Of a stretch of DNA of 52,069 nucleotides, positions 48,303-52,069 are shown piece after piece. How positions within the stretch are numbered: position 1 is the first letter of the stretch; every line of letters starts with the position of its first letter. A program made the translations under genes and the position numbers. A model generated the notes under the pieces. The model saw only the letters and a list, made by a program, of their open reading frames with translations. It made no database searches and was not told the DNA's origin. Source of the DNA: Campylobacterota bacterium (GTDB taxonomy: Bacteria > Campylobacterota > Campylobacteria > Campylobacterales > Sulfurimonadaceae); the NCBI GenBank assembly GCA_034717975.1, contig JAYEMF010000033.1, positions 1-52,069 on the forward strand. The letters are read 5' to 3'.

Positions 48303-48662
48303 ATGAAGAGGGAACTCTACCTGCCGCATGGCGACTTTATACGCTTCGCTGAAAGCGTCATAGAGTGCCATGATAACCGATGTGTTGTCGATGCATCGTT
48401 TCCATCCACTCCGACACTCCCCATGATGATTGAAGCTGCGGCTCAATGCAGTGCAGCATTTGCAACACAGAAGCATCAAGACGGTTACCTTGTGGCACTG
48501 AAAGGGATAACTTTGCATCAAAAAGCATCATCGAACTCTTTGCGATATGTACTCACACTTGAACATCAGATGGGCGAACTGGCCTATTTTGACTTTGAAG
48601 CTTTCGAGGATGATACAACCATTGTAACCGGAACTCTCGTTATCTCTTTTATTGTAAATTAA
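48303..48662 (+). CDS. Hot-dog 3-hydroxyacyl-ACP dehydratase (ApeP/FabZ-like)
   Basis: YLPH, IEAAAQ and GYLV motifs. Confidence 0.75.
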   Translation: MKRELYLPHGDFIRFAESVIECHDNRCVVDASFPSTPTLPMMIEAAAQCSAAFATQKHQDGYLVALKGITLHQKASSNSLRYVLTLEHQMGELAYFDFEAFEDDTTIVTGTLVISFIVN

Positions 48663-48745
48663 GAGGATAGGTAGTAGGATTTTTATAGAACGTATTTACA
48701 TGACAACCAATGGATTCAGTTAAAATAAAGACAAAAAGGATTCTC

Positions 48746-49351
48746 ATGTCTAGTGCAATAAAATACTTAATGATCAGCAGCCTGGTACTTTTCTTGAGCG
48801 GATTCTCTATGAATGATATGACTATGAAGCAGGTTGTATCGGAGGATTACAAACAGTATCTGGCCAACAACGAAGGAAACTTCCCGTTCCCACAAACAAA
48901 TTATGTGGCAGAGTATATACTGACACCTAGTACGGTAAATCATAATTATGAATTCCGTTCCGGCCTGACCGGATACGTAAATCTATGGATTGTAAACTTT
49001 GGAGACATACTGGAGAAAACACTTCAAGGTAAGGATATGCAGAGCGCCTTCAAGCAGCTATCGAAGTCTGCGGGTGAAGGCAGTAGCGGTAAAATGACCA
49101 TCAAATATCATTTGATTGACTATAAGTTTGAAGAGTTGGAAGCAAGATTGAGATTGCAAATCTCGGTACTGAAAGGCAAAACCACTGTTTTTGATGAAAC
49201 GTATTTTGAAAAAGGTCAAAGCCAAGGGGGCAAAATGTTCTGGACCGGAGCTTTCGGAATGAAAAACTCCATACAGCAGTCAACGAAGAATGCAATCGAT
49301 AAAATTCTTGCAAAATCTTTGCATGACATGATGTCAAAAAATATTCGCTGA
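48746..49351 (+). CDS. Exported hypothetical protein with a lipoprotein-like signal lacking the Cys
   Basis: AAAAGGA SD; hydrophobic leader ending LSGF. Confidence 0.75.
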   Translation: MSSAIKYLMISSLVLFLSGFSMNDMTMKQVVSEDYKQYLANNEGNFPFPQTNYVAEYILTPSTVNHNYEFRSGLTGYVNLWIVNFGDILEKTLQGKDMQSAFKQLSKSAGEGSSGKMTIKYHLIDYKFEELEARLRLQISVLKGKTTVFDETYFEKGQSQGGKMFWTGAFGMKNSIQQSTKNAIDKILAKSLHDMMSKNIR

Positions 49352-49410
49352 AAACTTTTTAGAGGTGCCCTGATTTTGTAAATGAACTACTTCCGGGACT
49401 TATGTTATTG

Positions 49411-49552
49411 CATGGTAAATCAAAACTAAGTTTTAAATGCTGTCATACTCAGCTTGACTGGGGATCCAGAACTTTTAAGCCATATAAACTAGACTCCCAG
49501 TCAAGCTGAGAGTGACGAAAATACAAATTGATCTTAGTTTTGAATTACCATG
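49411..49552. mobile_element. 142-bp MITE-like element B with an internal REP-like doublet
   Basis: 20-bp TIRs CATGGTAAATCAAAACTAAG / CTTAGTTTTGAATTACCATG (19/20); flanking ATGTTATTG / ACGTTATTG (8/9). Confidence 0.82.
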
Positions 49553-49623
49553 ACGTTATTGCTTATATGTAATATATTTTAATTAAACTAGTTATAATAG
49601 ATAATTCACAAAAGGAGAGGTGT

Positions 49624-50043
49624 ATGAAAAAATTATTTGCTGTTTTGGCATTCCTTTTTTTATTTCTAGGATGTTCTAGAACAATGATGAGTTTTGATAA
49701 CAATCAAATAGTGGAAAGTATAGATTTATCAGAAATCACCTATTCGATTAAAAAAGCTGCTGTAGACAAAGGGTGGAGAACAAAAGTTGTAGAACCAGGT
49801 CATATTATGGCACGAATTGCAAAAGGTAATGATGAGCATATTCTTGAAGTTGATATTCACTACACTACAACTTCATACAGTATTAAATACAGAGATAGTA
49901 AAAATATGAAACATGAGGGTTATTCGATTCATAGAGGATACAACACATGGGTCAGTAATCTTAAGACGCATATCGACAAACAACTTTCAATAACTGATCT
50001 ATCGGTTTACGAGAGATCTATCGGCTTAGGAGAGTCCAAGTAG
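49624..50043 (+). CDS. Lipoprotein of unknown function
   Basis: FLGC lipobox; AAAGGAGAGG SD. Confidence 0.85.
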   Translation: MKKLFAVLAFLFLFLGCSRTMMSFDNNQIVESIDLSEITYSIKKAAVDKGWRTKVVEPGHIMARIAKGNDEHILEVDIHYTTTSYSIKYRDSKNMKHEGYSIHRGYNTWVSNLKTHIDKQLSITDLSVYERSIGLGESK

Positions 50044-50047
50044 TTGA

Positions 50048-50077
50048 TCTTTTGCCTGTAAATTCACAGGTAAAAGA
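50048..50077. terminator. Hairpin after the lipoprotein gene
   Basis: TCTTTTGCCTGT-N6-ACAGGTAAAAGA (one G-U pair). Confidence 0.5.
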
Positions 50078-50252
50078 GAGGTGAATACTCCACAAAAAAT
50101 AGTAGAACATTCAATGTAGACCCTTAAAGTATGTCAAAACATAAATGCTCTGCCTCTTCCATACCGTTCAATCCCGCTTTTTTAATATCGAAGCTTTTGG
50201 GGAGAGTACATCATCAGGTTTTATTGAAATTTAAAAACTTGAAGGAATTTAA

Positions 50253-50816
50253 ATGAGATTCAGAACTCTTGTGGCAGTGTTGATATCGGTATTGGTACTA
50301 TTGGGTTTTAGCGGTTGCAGAAGTGCCAAACTGACCCCTGCACAAAAGGCGGTTGTTTCAGAAGCAAAGACAGTGTATACACAAGTAGGTATGTGGAGTG
50401 AAAAGGGCCATATTATAGCAACAAACTATAAACGCGGTTTTCATCTTCCAGTCAATTCTAGAGTGACTATTATAAAAGTCACTCCTCGAGTTATTAGGTT
50501 TACCTACGGGGGTCAGCAGATCGATCTGAAAAACGTTAAACGCTATACAAAAGTGGATATATCCAGGTTGATGGAGAGAACATTTTCATCTACAAAAGTC
50601 GATCTCTCGAGATTCAGCGAAAGCGAACAGAAGGCTGTTTCCAGAGGTAAAATCACTGTCGGTATGAGTAAAGATGCCGTTATCGTCAGCAGGGGTTATC
50701 CACCGGCACATAGGACCCCTCTCCTTGATCTGAACAGCTGGAGATATTGGCAGAATCGCTTCAACACCAATATCTATGAATTTATTGATGGCAAAGTATC
50801 TGAGATTATTCATTAA
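50253..50816 (+). CDS. Lipoprotein with a C-terminal SmpA/BamE-like motif
   Basis: FSGC lipobox; ITVGMSKDAV....GYP...W.Y.......F.DGKV pattern. Confidence 0.8.
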   Translation: MRFRTLVAVLISVLVLLGFSGCRSAKLTPAQKAVVSEAKTVYTQVGMWSEKGHIIATNYKRGFHLPVNSRVTIIKVTPRVIRFTYGGQQIDLKNVKRYTKVDISRLMERTFSSTKVDLSRFSESEQKAVSRGKITVGMSKDAVIVSRGYPPAHRTPLLDLNSWRYWQNRFNTNIYEFIDGKVSEIIH

Positions 50817-50906
50817 GAAGAGAATGCAAGAGGTCTGTTAGTTAAAAAGCGCCAGAAAAAGTCTGGCAGGAACTCCCATAATGGAGTTAAGCGTTGAATA
50901 AGCGTG

Positions 50907-51902
50907 CTATTTTTTAGCCGGTTTGGTTCGTACCAACAGGGTGCTGAATGGGTAACGCTCGCATAATTTTAAAACCTCATTGGCTTTATAGGCACTCTCT
51001 TCGGTCATTAGATGTGTTGATGTCTCTTCAAATCTGCTGAGGTGCAGTGGTTTTTCACTAAACAGAGCCACATAGAGGTCATAAGTCGCTTCACCTTCTT
51101 TCAGTAATCCCGCTTCCAGATACGCTTCGTCATCTTCTGAAGGTATCTGATATTTACGGTTTTTTTCAACTTTGAATGAAGGGATCACGATGCTTGTCAT
51201 ACCATTTGCATAAACACCTAGAAGAGTAACAAAACCTGACTCGGAAGCTTTGATGTTAAACCAGAAGCGATCCCCTTCAATCAGCACTCTTTTGGAAGTT
51301 TGCAGCCATATAGGCCCTTGCCGTGTTGAAATAAAGAGATCACCATAGTCAATCGGTGCTATTGGTATCAACGTGGTTTTATAGGCAATATACCAGGCAC
51401 CATCTTTACGGGCAAGATTGAAATCGACATTACAGCCGACAATCTCTTTGATCTGGTCAAACATCGGTGTATTTTTCAGATAGGGGTTCAATCCTGTCTT
51501 CGAACACTCAATATCTTTGATTTTCTTGACAAAACGCTGAGCCAGTTTCATATTTTCATAGAGGTATGCAATATAATATTTTCCGTCAAGATAATCCATC
51601 TGCAGCTGTCGTGTATCATTCAGGACCGTGTGTACAAGTGCATCGACTCTGATATCAACTTGACGGGTTGCAGTTCCGTTGCTATCACTGAGTTGGACAC
51701 TTGTATGCGCATCAAGTTCAGTCTGCATCTGCGAGGCTATGTCCTCTTTGGCTAAAAGTGCTGCTTCTTTTATCGTTGGTGCAACCCCGTAACCGATGAT
51801 CTCGTATCCATTTTGGGGTTGATAGATGCGATTTTTAAACCACTCGGGTATCTGTGCATGCAGTGTGGCTACGATTAGGATAAAAAGTGACAATAGTTTC
51901 AC
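50907..51902 (-). CDS. Secreted protein with LPP20-like N-terminal and DUF4384-like C-terminal domains
   Basis: Signal peptide; PEW...GYG......A...A..DIA; C-terminal GDRFWFNIKA...GFVTLL.V..NG; GAGGAG SD with GTG start. Confidence 0.7.
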   Translation of the reverse strand: MKLLSLFILIVATLHAQIPEWFKNRIYQPQNGYEIIGYGVAPTIKEAALLAKEDIASQMQTELDAHTSVQLSDSNGTATRQVDIRVDALVHTVLNDTRQLQMDYLDGKYYIAYLYENMKLAQRFVKKIKDIECSKTGLNPYLKNTPMFDQIKEIVGCNVDFNLARKDGAWYIAYKTTLIPIAPIDYGDLFISTRQGPIWLQTSKRVLIEGDRFWFNIKASESGFVTLLGVYANGMTSIVIPSFKVEKNRKYQIPSEDDEAYLEAGLLKEGEATYDLYVALFSEKPLHLSRFEETSTHLMTEESAYKANEVLKLCERYPFSTLLVRTKPAKK

Positions 51903-51930
51903 AACTACTCCTCATCTTGTTAATATTATT

Positions 51931-52055
51931 AGAGTTTTTGCAAAACTGCAAAAACCATCTGACTCGTAAGAGGCAGCTTTAGTGCCATAGCGGCAAGCGC
52001 AGGGATATGGGCTTTGCCCAGATCCCGTTCAAACTAGAGTTTTTGCAAGAACTCT
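51931..52055. mobile_element. About 125-bp MITE-like element C
   Basis: Ends AGAGTTTTTGCAAAA / TTTTGCAAGAACTCT (14/15 inverted); ATT on both flanks; internal GGGAT.TGGGC-TTT-GCCCA.ATCCC hairpin. Confidence 0.65.
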
Positions 52056-52069
52056 ATTGGTAAACAGTG

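Noticed and set aside
50086..50208. Possible fourth decayed MITE (TACTCCACAAAA ... TTTTGGGGAGAGTA)
   Set aside because: The repeat needs gaps and mismatches and no target duplication is evident.

Overview
Bacterial chromosomal window that looks like a free-living Campylobacterota genome (Sulfurovum/Sulfurimonas-like; inferred from protein style such as CheV, HQWRQPL kinases, OadGAB and AT-rich promoters). 1-22.7 kb is a self-contained glycogen plus glycolysis island: the edge of a probable pfkA, a CBM48 protein, a nucleotidyltransferase fused to a degenerate phosphomannomutase, two GH57 enzymes, a GalT-like protein, two glgA, a ROK kinase, glgB, pyk, pgm, gap, pgi, an atypical short glgP and pgk. 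It has no glgC, glgX or malQ. Next come a histidine kinase with a REC-GAF-GGDEF-EAL partner, a secreted GPx, an SLT protein, an SNase-like protein, ppa, oadGAB, cheV and an RND/MFP/TolC operon interleaved with a Mo-enzyme, argD and a MidA-type methyltransferase. The accessory right end (44-52 kb) encodes an HD-CBS-HEPN fusion, a minimal ACP-KS-CLF-DH cluster and several lipoproteins. Three short MITE-like elements are present; two have different terminal repeats but carry the same REP-like doublet. No rRNA, tRNA, CRISPR array or transposase gene was seen. All family assignments come from motif recognition by eye; no searches were run.
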